Numbered from the stretch's first letter, positions 30,541-41,804 are shown. The stretch is 64,000 nt of DNA from Candidatus Altimarinota bacterium (GCA_043769645.1 JAYVJC010000042.1:990-64989); one strand, 5' to 3'. A program made the numbers and translations. Notes: a model not told the origin generated them from the sequence alone.

Positions 30541-32628
30541 ATGCCGACTCCAAACTACTCCAGTGAAACCCTCGATCGAATGCGCAAACTCGAGCGTATC
30601 CGTGCTCTTGGAGTGAATCCTTTTGCTACGCGATTCGATGCGAGTTCGAGTATCGGAGATATCCTCTTGAAGTATCCTTCCAGTATAGATCCGACACTCC
30701 AAGAATCCAAAAATACAATCTTTCGAACTATAGAAACTATTATCCCAGCTCCGACGGATGAAGTGGCTATCGCGGGTCGAGTGATGCTCCATCGAAGCTT
30801 CGGGAAGATCTGCTTCGCGACTATTTCTGATGGAACGGGACGACTGCAGGTACTGTTCTCAAGGGAGAATTGCTTTATCAACCTCACCCCTAACCCCTCT
30901 CCTGAAGGAGATGGGGATTCAGGAGCGGTCTCTTTACTCCCCCTCTCTGGAGGAGAGGGGGCTGGGGGGTGAGGTGGTGATGAAGTATCCGCCTACAAAT
31001 TCGCCGAGAAGCTCATCGACCTCGGGGATTTTATCGGGGTGCGGGGTGAGCTTTTTTATACGCATAAATGAGAACTCACACTCTTTGTGAAAGAGTTTAC
31101 CTTTCTTACGAAGGCGATTCGTCCCCTTCCTGAGAAATTCCACGGGATAGAAAATGAGGATGAACGATTTCGAAAGCGGTACCTCGATATGACTATGGAT
31201 GATGAGCTTCGTGCTGTATTCATACGAAAATCCAGATTCTGGAAAGCAACTCGAGATTTTCTCGTATCGAAGGGATTCCTCGAAGTCGAGACTCCGACCC
31301 TCGAGCATACGACCGGTGGAGCGGAAGCTCGACCATTTGCCACGCATCACAACGACTACGACGTCGATGTATTCCTACGTATATCGATCGGTGAGCTCTG
31401 GCAGAAACGTCTGATGGCCGGAGGATTTCCGAAGACCTTCGAAATCGGACGCGCCTATCGAAATGAGGGATCGAGTCCAGATCACCTACAAGAGTTTACC
31501 AATATGGAATTCTACTGGGGATATGCAAACTATGAGGCCGGGATGAAACTCGTCGAAGCCATGTACCGATATATCGCTATGGAAGTCTATGGAAAGACGG
31601 TATTCACCGCTAGAGGACATACCTTCGATCTCGCGAACGAGTGGTGACGCGTTGATTATGTGAGTGCAGTACTCGAGAAAACGGGTATTGATATCCTCTC
31701 GGCAACAGATGGTGAAATGCAACAAAAACTCACCGAGCTCGGGGTTAAGTATGATGGTACCAATCGGGAACGCCTCACCGATACGCTCTGGAAGTATACG
31801 AGAAAGCAGATCTCGGGACCCGCATTCCTGATCAACCATCCCTCTCTCATCTCACCTCTGGCGAAAACGAGTGAGAAAAATCCTGGAACCGTTGAACGGT
31901 TTCAGGTCATTCTAGGAGGATCCGAAATCGGAAATGGCTACAGTGAGCTCAATGACCCCCTCGAACAACGCGCTCGATTCGAGAAACAACAGGAGATGCT
32001 TGCGGCTTGAGATGACGAGGCGATGATGCCAGACTGGGATTTCGTCGAGATGCTCGAACACGGGATGCCTCCGACCTGCGGATTCGGATTCGGAGAACGA
32101 CTCTTTGCCTTTCTCGAGGATAAACCCATACGTGAAGTGCAGTACTTCCCATTTATGAAGCCAGTCGGAGAATCACTTTCCATCAAAGAATCTGAGGAAC
32201 GATACCGTTCCAAGAAGATTATCGTGATCGCTGATGAACATCATCCCGCAGGTCCTGGAGCTGTAGCGAATGCTATCGGACAACTCGGCATTGAGATCGG
32301 CATGTTTTCAGAAAACAAACTCGCAGAAACAAAGATCCTTCATGATGCCGATGGGCGTGTTCACTATGCGGATGCCTACTATGGGATGTCGAACCTCTCA
32401 GGAACTCACGAACAAATGGCACACTTTGTGATGAAATGTCATACAGCCAATATCCAAGTTTTTGATTTTTCAGAAATCATGAGAAAAGCTCACTCCGATA
32501 AGCAAATGCTCGAGGGATATAGGTGACTCTCGACCGAAGATATCAGTTATATTGCAGTTGGAGCTGTCATTCCTGCTGACTTCGAGAAAGAATGGCTCGC
32601 AGGACTTAAATTATTCGGGAAACAATAA
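30541..32628 (+). CDS. lysS: Lysine--tRNA ligase (class II) with an internal repeat insertion and a C-terminal extra domain
   Basis: Track ORFs 30541.., 31087.., 31660.. and 32023.. are all in one frame, separated by TGA. Motif 1/2/3 regions are present (FLEVETPTL; [26 protein letters not shown]; GFGFGERL). Stop is TAA 32626-32628. Confidence 0.95.
30882..30974. repeat. Palindromic G/C-clamp element inserted in frame in lysS (31 codons)
   Basis: The outer arms CCTCACCCCTAACCCCTCTCCT and AGGAGAGGGGGCTGGGGGGTGAGG are imperfect reverse complements. Two inner hairpins have the form CCCCTCTC-loop-GAGAGGGG. It is translated as [28 protein letters not shown]. Confidence 0.75.
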
Positions 32629-32706
32629 AAATTTTCTAAGCAATCCAACTTTGGATGTATCTAAAGAGGATATAATCCTTTCATTTTGAAGGAGAATATC
32701 AAATAC

Positions 32707-33471
32707 TTAGGATCATTCGATGGACGATAACTCATGGTAAGACTCCATGAGTCTTGGTATAGAAGCACCAAGATCAGTAATCTTTAGCTTCAAAACCCCG
32801 TCTTGAATGGAGATAACTTTGATATTGGCGTCATGAAGACCATCCCAGTTTACAAAAAGAGGAAAACCCAATAGCTTATCAAGTTCTTTTCCGATTTTCA
32901 TCAGTATATCCATATTATACTGTATTCTGAAGAAACGATTTCCTCGAAAAACAGGAACATCAATGAGGGTATCACCTGGGACAAATTCAACTTCAGAAGT
33001 TACTACTGCAACATGATCCCCTTTAGTGTAGATTTCTGAAATACTACTTCAAAGTTCGAGTACTTCCACCTCTAGAGATGAAATTGGCTCGGGAAATCCT
33101 TGTTTATTTTTCATAAATACTCACTTAGGTAGCATGATACTATGCAGATGATCTGCAAGACGTTTGTGGAGGATATGATATTGCTCTACGAGATCTCTTG
33201 ATACTCAAGGGTGATAGAGCTTTTGCACGGTTCCTTGCGGCGTCAAGAGCACAGTACTATCGACGGAATATCTCTTCACAAAAAGTGGGCGACTCCCCTG
33301 GATAATCTTTTCTCCTGATAAAACCAGTTCTGTTCTTGAACGTAAGTAATTTATGACTTTTTGGATTCTAGGAAGAACTGTATTTTTGTTCGGCCCCCCT
33401 GGCGGGGTAGCACTTCATTCCAGATTCCATAGGATTCAGATTTTGCTTTTTCAAAATGATTTGAACTGCAT
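32707..33471 (-). CDS. Hypothetical protein with a kinase-like catalytic motif (254 aa after recoding)
   Basis: I walked the frame of track ORF 32713..32913 up to ATG 33469-33471; it contains about 9 TGA. The C-terminal part carries LHDANIKV...LKITDLG, resembling the HxDxxxxN...DxG loops of the protein-kinase/APH fold. Confidence 0.4.
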
Positions 33472-33586
33472 AATAACAATAGAGATATATTTTCTCTCAT
33501 GCTACCATACTAAAATCAATAAGTCAACTCATTTATCGGTTTCACTTTCTCAGTTTTTCTCTATAATCTTTTCTAATTACTTACCC

Positions 33587-34444
33587 ATGAAACCACTTAC
33601 TCATACTCTTTCTTTCCTCTGACTCGGCCTCATGTGAGTACCGATGGCTCGAAACATCATCACGAAGTGACACACACTCACGGTCTATAATCGTACGCCT
33701 GGAAAAGCCAAAGAACTTACCGATCTTGGAGCAATAGAGGCAATGACTCTCGAGGAGGCCCTCGCGTCTGATGTCATCATCACCATGCTTACGGATGGTC
33801 AGGCAGTCTATGATATGATCGTACAGCATAAAGATTCCATACAATCTGGAAGTATACTCATCGATATGTCGACCATCGGGGTCGAGTGGGCGGAGCGGAT
33901 TGGAAATGAACTCGGAGAAAAGTGAATCCACTTCATCGATGCCCCCGTGACGGGCAGTACTCCGAAAGCCATTACGGGAGAGCTCACGATATTTATCTGA
34001 GGAGATCAAGAAATAGTCGAGAAAGTAAGGCCCATACTCGAGTGTATGGGAACCAATCTTCAGTATATGGGAGGGGCCGGGACCGGGCAAGCGATGAAGC
34101 TCGTGAACAATCACCTCGTCGCCCTCTCGATGGTAAGCCTCGTCGAATGCATCTTCGCGGGGGAAAGACTCGGACTTGACCGGAAGAGAATCCTCGATGT
34201 CCTCGCAACCGTGCCCGTCACTTCCGCTTATCATCGGATGAAGCTTCCGATGCTCGCAAACTGAGAGTATCCGCCGATGTTCTCAGGAGACAATATGCTC
34301 AAAGATATCGAGCTCGCCCTCTCAAGTCCAGGATCACGAGAAGAGCTTCCTCTCCTTGATATCTCCGAGAAACTCTATAGGAAAATTCACGACCTCGGAT
34401 ACGGAGGAGAAGATCTCGCGAGCATCGATCGGCTCTATAGATAG
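33587..34444 (+). CDS. NAD(P)-dependent beta-hydroxyacid dehydrogenase (3-hydroxyisobutyrate dehydrogenase family)
   Basis: ATG 33587. The motif FL-G(TGA 33620)-LGLM-G(TGA 33635)-VPMARN is the GxGxxG Rossmann motif. Track ORFs 33743.. and 34046.. are in the same frame. DAPVTGS and GAGTGQAMKLVNN motifs are present. Stop is TAG 34442-34444. Confidence 0.85.
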
Positions 34445-34474
34445 CTTTCGAATTTTGAGATTGATTCTATCGTG

Positions 34475-35254
34475 CTACTCATCTATCGTGACCACTCAAT
34501 ACATACGAGAGGTATCGTTTTTATCTACGATAGTAAATCATGGAGTATTACTATACTCAATACCATTTGGACCCTGTTTTGGTAGATTTGGAATCGAGCC
34601 AAATACTGGTATTCGAGAACGAATGGATATATTTGAAGGAGATTGTTGACTTAATTCTGAACGAGGATTTATTTTTTTAGCCCACTCTATAAATAATTCT
34701 TTTATTCGTTGAACACTCACATCCGAAACAGTATTCCACTCTCGGATAATACTTTTTTGAATAAGAGAATTATCGACCAGGTCTTTTGCTTGTATACTCC
34801 TATTGGCGAGTTGAGTATCGATTGCTTTGGCATCTAGAAAACGTTCTTCTGGTTTTATTTTTTCAAATATAATATAATCTGTTGTACCATCTCTGTTTTT
34901 AGAAATAATCCTCAGTGGTGCATTCGGATTATTATATCCATCTCATTTTAGTGAGGAAAGGCTTAATTCCTTCGTTCCGCTATCAAGAGCTATAGCTCAT
35001 CCTGGTACTTCTTGAGGAATCCCATCATCAGTTCAGAGAAATGCGCGAAATTTTTTATCTTTGTTCATTATTACAATTCCGTCTCCATTCCCATTTCTAC
35101 CTTGTTCTATTTTGATTCCATAATCAGTTATAGTATTCAAGGTTCGAGTATCTATTCTTCCGATAGTATATCCTGGGTCTTTCATTGCTTCCTGGGCACT
35201 CACTCACCTGGTAGAAAGATACTGTTCACGGTTATCTGGGACTTCTTGTGGCAT
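34475..35254 (-). CDS. Hypothetical protein (259 aa after recoding)
   Basis: ATG 35252-35254 to TAG 34475-34477. Track ORF 34538..34720 is its C-terminal part. There are about 7 TGA. Confidence 0.45.
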
Positions 35255-35325
35255 ATATAGTATAAAGTAATAAACTATGTATAGTATACCACATTCATTC
35301 CTTTACTGTCAATATTTCTTACTTT

Positions 35326-35359
35326 AAAAAATCCCTCTTATTTCTAAGGGGGATTTTTT
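35326..35359 (-). terminator. Intrinsic terminator after the LysM/CHAP gene (bidirectional architecture)
   Basis: 12-bp stem AAATCCCTCTTA / TAAGGGGGATTT flanked by an A-run and a T-run. Confidence 0.7.
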
Positions 35360-35370
35360 ATAGATATTCT

Positions 35371-36507
35371 TTAGTCAGCGTAGATATATCCATCGATTGC
35401 GTTATCATCTTTTGAGAGTTTTCGGACGGTGACTTCATTGATCCGGCGATAGTTCATATCCTTGATAATCACTTCATCATCGGTGACATCGACGACGATG
35501 GCTACATGTCCATAACGTCAGTTATATTTAGGTCCTGAAAGCTGTAAGATCGCTCCTGGTACAGGTATTGATCCCGTCTTGACTCCGGCCGCTTTCGCAT
35601 GAGATATCCACTGATTCGCATTTCCTCTCCAAGTGACATTTTTATGCGTTGCGACATACCACGTACAGTTTCCCCAAGCAAATCCAGAATTCTTTCCCGT
35701 ATATTCGATCGGATAGCGGTCTTTTATACCCTCTGATTGTGTTTGTTTTTTGGTTTTTGACTTAACTGCTGCGGGAGTTTCAGAAACTGCAACTTTTTTC
35801 TGAGTGACAACGGCCACCACTTTCTGAGCTACTGCCTTGATCGCTCCTGGAATTATGAGATCTCGACCTTCTCGAATTGCCTCGGCATTTGTGAGGTTGT
35901 TGACTCGTACGATATCTTCTACATCGACCTTATAGTTCATAGCGATTTCTGAGAGCGTATCATTTTTTCCGACCGTATACACCACCCCAGAAACGGGAGG
36001 GATACGCAGATTCATTCTGGGCTTGATGCCATCAGACTCGGTCATATCATTGGCCCAGCGGATGGTATCTACGCTTATATCGTATTTACTCGATATTTTA
36101 CTGAGGGAATCTCCAGATTTGACCGTATAGTAAGATAAACTCGCGATCCGAGTGTCTGTGACCGAAGGGGGCGTATCTTGAGGAGTGGCATGAGGGGACT
36201 CGGTACTCGCGACAACGGCTGAGTCCTCTGAGGTTTGAACGAGTCCATTATCAGAAACAGATAAACTTGTAGTATCTACTGGAGTATCTCCAGTATAGGC
36301 CGTGATGATACTTGAGTTATCGTATTGTCCCACATCAGTTTCCAAGTTTTGTCCGAGAACGGAGAGTGAAGGATAGATCGGAAGGAGGGTTACCATAGTC
36401 AGAGTAAACCACTTAAAGGTCCGAAATGTTTCCCACACAGTCTGCACCGTATGATTATTACGGAGCGCTCGTTCGAGACGTGCTTGGGTATTGAGAGATG
36501 TACGCAT
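35371..36507 (-). CDS. Peptidoglycan hydrolase with two LysM repeats and a C-terminal CHAP/NlpC-P60-like domain
   Basis: Track ORF 35518..36507 continues past a TGA to TAA 35371-35373. LysM repeats: YYTVKSGDSLSKISSKYDISVDTIRWAN and VYTVGKNDTLSEIAMNYKVDVEDIVRVNN. Catalytic region: GNCTWYVA...GHVAIV. Confidence 0.85.
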
Positions 36508-36574
36508 TCATAATTTTTAGGAATAAAAGCGGTATCGGGAGCTTCGAGGAAAACATTCCCCTTCTCCCATACGG

Positions 36575-36886
36575 CTACGCTATCGAATCGACACTAAGTC
36601 GAGTCTTCTGAGCGCGGAATCCATAGGTTCGCATATAGCGTTTTTTAGCTTTCATTTTGAACACTCGGATTTTATCAGCTTTGAAATTTTCGAGAACAGT
36701 AAGTTGTACTTTAGATCCAGCTACCGTAGGAGTTCCGACGGTTGTCGTTTTTCCATCTTCTGAAGCCACAAGAAGGGCTTCCATGGTCATCACTTTTCCG
36801 ACTTCGAGATTCTGATTATCGAGGACGATAGTCATTTTCTCAGAAACAGTATATTGATGTCCACTGATTTGTAAAACTGCAATCAT
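36575..36886 (-). CDS. rplU: 50S ribosomal protein L21
   Basis: Track ORF of 103 aa with a TAG stop. MIAVLQISGHQYTVSE...KIRVFKMKAKKRYMRTYGFRAQKT is canonical L21. Confidence 0.95.
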   Translation of the reverse strand: MIAVLQISGHQYTVSEKMTIVLDNQNLEVGKVMTMEALLVASEDGKTTTVGTPTVAGSKVQLTVLENFKADKIRVFKMKAKKRYMRTYGFRAQKTRLSVDSIA

Positions 36887-37074
36887 AAAAAAGAAATGGT
36901 AATGCTCAGATAAGGGGCAATAAATGCACTTGAAGTCCTTATCACGAAGCGAAAATAGGTTTTAACGTTTAGGGTTTACATATGAGAGAAGTATTCTTCT
37001 CGCGGGTAAACTCTAAATACTAACGGCTATTTTTAATTACTTCGGAGTTTATTAGTTCCATTCCTCACTATTCA

Positions 37075-37416
<342 letters not shown>

Positions 37417-37865
37417 CTAACTGTGAACTGCTCGTATTTCTGGACCCGGGGATTATAGTGAGAAATCGTAAAAGTCAAAATTATTCTCTCACCCCTTTCT
37501 CATCCCAATGGTGAGGTCAGTACTGATGTGAAAGTTCGCGTCGTCCAAGACAGTATACCACAACATTTTCTGAGAAAGGAAAAGAAAATATATTGACTTT
37601 AAATTTTAATATTCAATTATATTAATTTAATGACGTTTACGTCGAGAGAATCTAAAGAATCCTTGTTATGAAAATTTTGAACTTTTCCCTTTTACGATAT
37701 ACTCTATAGGTACTCCTGGGTGCTTGATACTGACTCTCTCATCCATAGCAACCATATATCCCAACCCTATCGATCTACCTGCTACCATCTATCTGCTAAC
37801 TGCTATTTGCTTTAATCTATCTGCTACAAGCTTACGCCTATCTGCTATAATCTATCATCCCTCCT

Positions 37866-38333
37866 ATGCCTCCCTCCAAAACTACCATCGAACTTCTCGT
37901 CCATATTGCCCACCTCGGGAAGATCGGGGACATTGTCGAAGTTTCGACCGCTCAGGCTCGCAATCTTTTTATCCCGAAAAAAATGGCCCGTGAGATAACC
38001 CCAGAAAGACTCAAGCAGATAGAACTCGAGAAAAAACGAGCGCAGGATCAAGCTCGCCTTCGTCTCCTCGATGCCTACAAAATCAAGGAAGCCATCGATG
38101 GACAGATCCTCGAATTCACTCTCAAGGGAAAGAATGGAAAAGTATTCGGAGGTCTCGATGAACACGCGATTATCACTCGCGTCAAGCACAAGTGGGGCTA
38201 TGATTTCGAAAAATCTGAGGTTAAGCTCCCAAACCGTACCCATATCAAAACCGTCGGTACTCACCTCGTCTACATACACATAACGAAAGATACTCTCGCG
38301 AAGATACAAGTAGAGGTGAAACTCGATGCATAA
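37866..38333 (+). CDS. rplI: 50S ribosomal protein L9
   Basis: Track ORF of 155 aa. The N-terminal domain reads IELLVHIAHLGKIGDIVEVSTAQARNLFIPKKMA, the L9 signature. Confidence 0.9.
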   Translation: MPPSKTTIELLVHIAHLGKIGDIVEVSTAQARNLFIPKKMAREITPERLKQIELEKKRAQDQARLRLLDAYKIKEAIDGQILEFTLKGKNGKVFGGLDEHAIITRVKHKWGYDFEKSEVKLPNRTHIKTVGTHLVYIHITKDTLAKIQVEVKLDA

Positions 38334-38344
38334 GTCGCTTTCTT

Positions 38345-38374
38345 GTCATCCCGAGGCACTCGAGGGATCCCTTT
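38345..38374. repeat. Dispersed repeat GTCATCCCGAGGCACTCGAGGGATCCCTTT
   Basis: Second copy of the element at 18134-18163. Confidence 0.8.
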
Positions 38375-38588
38375 GTTTAAATTGTATCATCATGGAGATA
38401 CAGATTCTCATTCGATAGATTCTAGTTTTTATGGGAATGACAAAAACCAGTTCAATAACAAACCAGCCAATCAGCAAAACACTTTCCTATAATTCATTTG
38501 AAGTGACAATAAAGATATAACTGCTATCTGCTACATTCTACCTGCTATAAGCTTAGACCTACCTACTCCCTAATCTCATACCAATCAA

Positions 38589-39170
38589 GTGCTACCAACT
38601 ATTGCCCTCTTCGGTGGAGCCTTCGATCCACCACATCTCGGACATACTGCCATCATCATCAATCTTCTGAAGAGGAGTGAATTTGATAAAATAGTAATCA
38701 TTCCAACTGGTCCACGAAAAGATAAAAACTATCATATTCCCGACATCCTACGCAAAGAAATGATACAACTCTGGAAAGAAACTCTCAGTACCTCAGAAAC
38801 TGAAGCCTCGAGAGTAGTTCTCGACTTCGACGTATTCGATGGAAAAGTGGGTGAAGGAACCTATGAACATGAAGCGTATTTTCAAAAGAAGTATACTGCA
38901 AGAGAAATATTTCATGTATTTGGAAGTGATACCATTTCCACGATGAACGAATGGGAACCTCACGGTGATATCGTCGCCCAAGAACTCCTGAAAATCATAT
39001 TCAACCGGAAGTGATATCCCCTCGATGTTTCGAAAATCAAAAACTATACCCTTCTCGAAGGAGAAATTCCAGAAATTTCCAGTACCGAGATGCGGTCTGG
39101 AAGGGATGAATTCCTTCATCCAACCATCAAGGATTTTATAAAGAAAAATAGACTATACACTCTTCTGTAG
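38589..39170 (+). CDS. nadD: Nicotinate-nucleotide adenylyltransferase
   Basis: Track ORF 38589..39014 (GTG start) continues past one TGA to TAG 39168-39170. Motifs GGAFDPPHLGH and ISSTEMR are present. Confidence 0.85.
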
Positions 39171-39452
39171 TGATACAGTTACTCTTTCTCGAATTCTATA
39201 TAAGGCACTTCTGACTTCATGTCATTTTGCCATCAACTCCAAATGGTCTAAGATAAATTGAGATGTTTCATCTCTTGGGACTTTCCCCCTTCTCGGAGAC
39301 TGTTGAGACGAGTAGATTCGATTTGCTATCTGTTCTGGTGTTTCTCTATTGAGCTGAGCCAGTATCGAATTTATCAATCCAGTATCAAAAATGAGTAGAT
39401 TTCTATTAGAAAATGAATCAATCAGATGATCATTGGAAAACGAATCTAACAT
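39153..39452 (-). CDS. Hypothetical small protein (76 aa to the TGA, 99 aa if read through)
   Basis: Track ORF 39222..39452. Read-through would overlap the nadD 3' end by 18 nt. No family recognised. Confidence 0.3.
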
Positions 39453-39498
39453 ATGAGTTGTAAAAAGTAGTATACTTTATATAATCTTAATTATCGAT

Positions 39499-39885
39499 AT
39501 GTCAACTCTTCTTTGCATAGACTATGGAACTCGGAAATCATGACTCGCCTACTCGGTCGAGGGATTTGCCTTTACCTATAAGACCGTGTCGACTCGAGAA
39601 ATCATCTGAGAAATAGAGAAACTCATCTCCGAAAAATCCCCCAAGTCCATTATCCTCGGAATGCCCTACCATATCGATGGTTCGATGTCGCTCCATGGGA
39701 AACGCGTACAAACCTTCGAAAAAGAACTCCGGAAGTATTTTTCACTTCCCATCATCCTCCATGATGAACGACTTTCGACGAGCGAAGCACGTATACATTT
39801 CTCAGAAAGTGGCCAGTCAGGCGACGTCGATGCCGAAGCCGCACGCCTGATCCTCGAGGATTATATAAAACAAGTAGAAAGGTAG
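39499..39885 (+). CDS. ruvX: Holliday-junction-resolvase-like nuclease YqgF/RuvX
   Basis: ATG 39499. The N-terminus CIDYGTRKS-G(TGA)-LAY matches the family motif. Track ORF 39661..39885 is in the same frame. Confidence 0.85.
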
Positions 39886-40012
39886 AAACGATGGAACGGT
39901 AGAGACGCTGGGAAGAGGGTTTGCTGGGAAGGGGAAAGAGTGCTAGAAATGATGGAATGGTAGAGACGCTGGGAAGATAGTGAGCTGGTTAGCAGGTAAG
40001 TGAACCGGTTTA

Positions 40013-40035
40013 GTCATTCCCGTGAAAACGGGAAT
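40013..40035. repeat. REP-like hairpin GTCATTCCCGTGAAAACGGGAAT
   Basis: Same family as 2829-2851, in the opposite orientation. Confidence 0.8.
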
Positions 40036-40130
40036 CCAGTGCGTGATAAATATGAGGGATTTTTTATAATTCTGACCTCAGTGGAGGTATCCTGAATGCT
40101 GGTTTGCAGGTTAGAAGTTTAGTTAATATT

Positions 40131-40153
40131 GTCATTCCCGTGAAAAAGGGAAT
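40131..40153. repeat. REP-like hairpin GTCATTCCCGTGAAAAAGGGAAT (degenerate)
   Basis: Same family as 40013-40035. Confidence 0.7.
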
Positions 40154-40200
40154 CTAAACCAATGAATCTAGATCCCCGCAATTGCAAGGATAACAAAGAT

Positions 40201-40222
40201 AAAAAAGGCGCCCGAAGGCGCC
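40201..40222 (-). terminator. Intrinsic terminator (GGCGCC-TTCG-GGCGCC plus T6 on the minus strand)
   Basis: Perfect GC stem with a T-run, starting 5 nt after the TGA-TCC-TGA-TGA end of the small ORF. Confidence 0.8.
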
Positions 40223-40235
40223 GACTTCATCAGGA

Positions 40236-40406
40236 TCAGACGAACCATAGTGTGGCCGTCTCAGCCCCGAATGCTCCCCCATCGTAATCCTGGTCGAGGA
40301 GACCAAAATCACGAGCAACTGTCTTTACTGCTCGTTCCCGACGAGCGGCCAGAAGCCGCCGTAGGGATACGAGAACTGATAAAGCGATAGCAAAAGCATC
40401 CAACAT
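40236..40406 (-). CDS. GC-rich small ORF (56 aa) with a strong SD and a TGA stop; apparently standard-code, foreign-looking
   Basis: AGGAGG lies 6 nt before ATG 40404-40406. The product is MLDAFAIALSVLVSLRRLLAARRERAVKTVARDFGLLDQDYDGGAFGAETATLWFV. It ends TGA TCC TGA TGA, followed by the terminator. Local GC is about 58% against about 40% background. Confidence 0.4.
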   Translation of the reverse strand: MLDAFAIALSVLVSLRRLLAARRERAVKTVARDFGLLDQDYDGGAFGAETATLWFV

Positions 40407-40483
40407 GGATACCTCCTGAATTTTGAGAGGCGATATATATAGTGAGAATTACAGGAAAATCAAGTCTTTTTTCTTTTTCTTAC

Positions 40484-40495
40484 GCAAATATTTGC
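40484..40495. promoter_or_regulatory. Perfect 12-bp AT-rich palindrome GCAAATATTTGC (possible operator)
   Basis: It lies between the GC-rich ORF (78 nt from its ATG) and the Fur-family gene (290 nt upstream of its ATG). Seen in the sequence; function not established. Confidence 0.25.
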
Positions 40496-40784
40496 ATTAT
40501 AAAATATTTCACTATACTGCATATCTCTGAGTTATCAAGCTGGAGAAAAAGTTCTCAAGTAGAAAGTTTTAAATTGATTAAATAGAAAGTATAGGGTTTT
40601 ATAGTAAAAAACTTTCAATTCGAACTCTTCACAAAAACCATAATTATTCTCCTCACTCCTAGCTCGTTAAACTATACCCTGAAACTCTAAATTTTATACT
40701 TGAGAACCTGAAAACTTGAGAACTTTCTTCCTGTAACTTGTAACCTGTAACTCTTCCCTTTTATTTCTTATCTTTTCACTTCCT

Positions 40785-41153
40785 ATGGATTCTCGTATCA
40801 CGATGCACCGCCGACGATTTGCTGAAGTCGTCAGTCAGAAACCTCACATCACATTCACCGAACTCAAGAAGCTCTTCGTCACCAAAAAAGAAGGGATGAA
40901 CCTCGCAACCCTCTATCGTATCATCGATGCTTTCAAACTCCAAGGACTCATCCATGAGATCGAACTCGGTGGTGAGCGCGTCATATTTCTCTGCCACTGT
41001 ATGGATCGAGCCGAGACGGAGAAAGGTATCATCATCACCGCTTGTACGAACTGTCTCTCGATCGTCGATAATCACTTCGCCCTCGAAGCTCCCGTCACCG
41101 ATAGTACGACCATCCAGTACGTCCGATCATGTGGGAACTGTGTACTTCGATAG
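40785..41153 (+). CDS. Fur-family metalloregulator (Fur/Zur/PerR-like)
   Basis: Track ORF of 122 aa. Winged-helix part ..ATLYRIIDAFKLQGLIHEIE.. and C-terminal Cys pairs (CHC..CTNC, CGNC) are present. Confidence 0.8.
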   Translation: MDSRITMHRRRFAEVVSQKPHITFTELKKLFVTKKEGMNLATLYRIIDAFKLQGLIHEIELGGERVIFLCHCMDRAETEKGIIITACTNCLSIVDNHFALEAPVTDSTTIQYVRSCGNCVLR

Positions 41154-41198
41154 AAAAAAACCCAAACTTGGGTCTTTTTTTGAGTGAATTGATACCTA

Positions 41199-41804
41199 TT
41201 ATTCTCAAAGAGTCGGATTTCCTTCAGGGGGAATTTTATCTTGAGATTTTGGCTCAATATCTAGTAAAATCTTCTTGTGATTCCACTTATCAAAAGTAAC
41301 AAGAGGTTCAATTGCACGTGTGAAATCAGGAACGGGCACGCTCTCTCCAAATCTTAGGCTTGTATCATCAGATTTACTGAATCAAAGTCTTTCCTGGGAT
41401 AATTTTTTCATTTTTAGATCGCGAATTTCATCAGGAGAAATTCTAGTTCTTACATCGAAACGACGTACCTGAAGAAAAGCACCTACAGGAGGTCGACTTG
41501 CATCAAAGAGAGTATCTGAATCAGAAAATCTTTTAATTCTGAGTTTTTTTGGAAATGTATAAACATCAAAAACTTGAGTTACTCCAATTTCTTGATACTG
41601 AACTCATACTCATTTCGAAAAGTGATCTGCCATTAGCTTGACAGCAGCAGAAACTGGAATCATATTACTATTAACTTCTTCAAGTGAGAAACGTTTAATA
41701 CCTACATCAGTAACTCCATCATATGAAAAGACCATCCTAGCTTCAACCAAGTCACCATCTATGATAGGTCGTTTCCAAACTTTATATAATACCCCTCCGC
41801 TCAT
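41199..41804 (-). CDS. Hypothetical protein (201 aa after recoding)
   Basis: I walked track ORF 41610..41804 through 4 TGA to TAA 41199-41201. Confidence 0.45.

Noticed and set aside
37780-37860. A CRISPR array suggested by the reiterated CTATCTGCTA.. units. Similar runs occur at 38521-38570 and 21441-21475.
   Set aside because: The units are 8-12 nt, irregular, and directly abutting, without unique 30-40-nt spacers. No cas genes are present. These are word-type spacer repeats.
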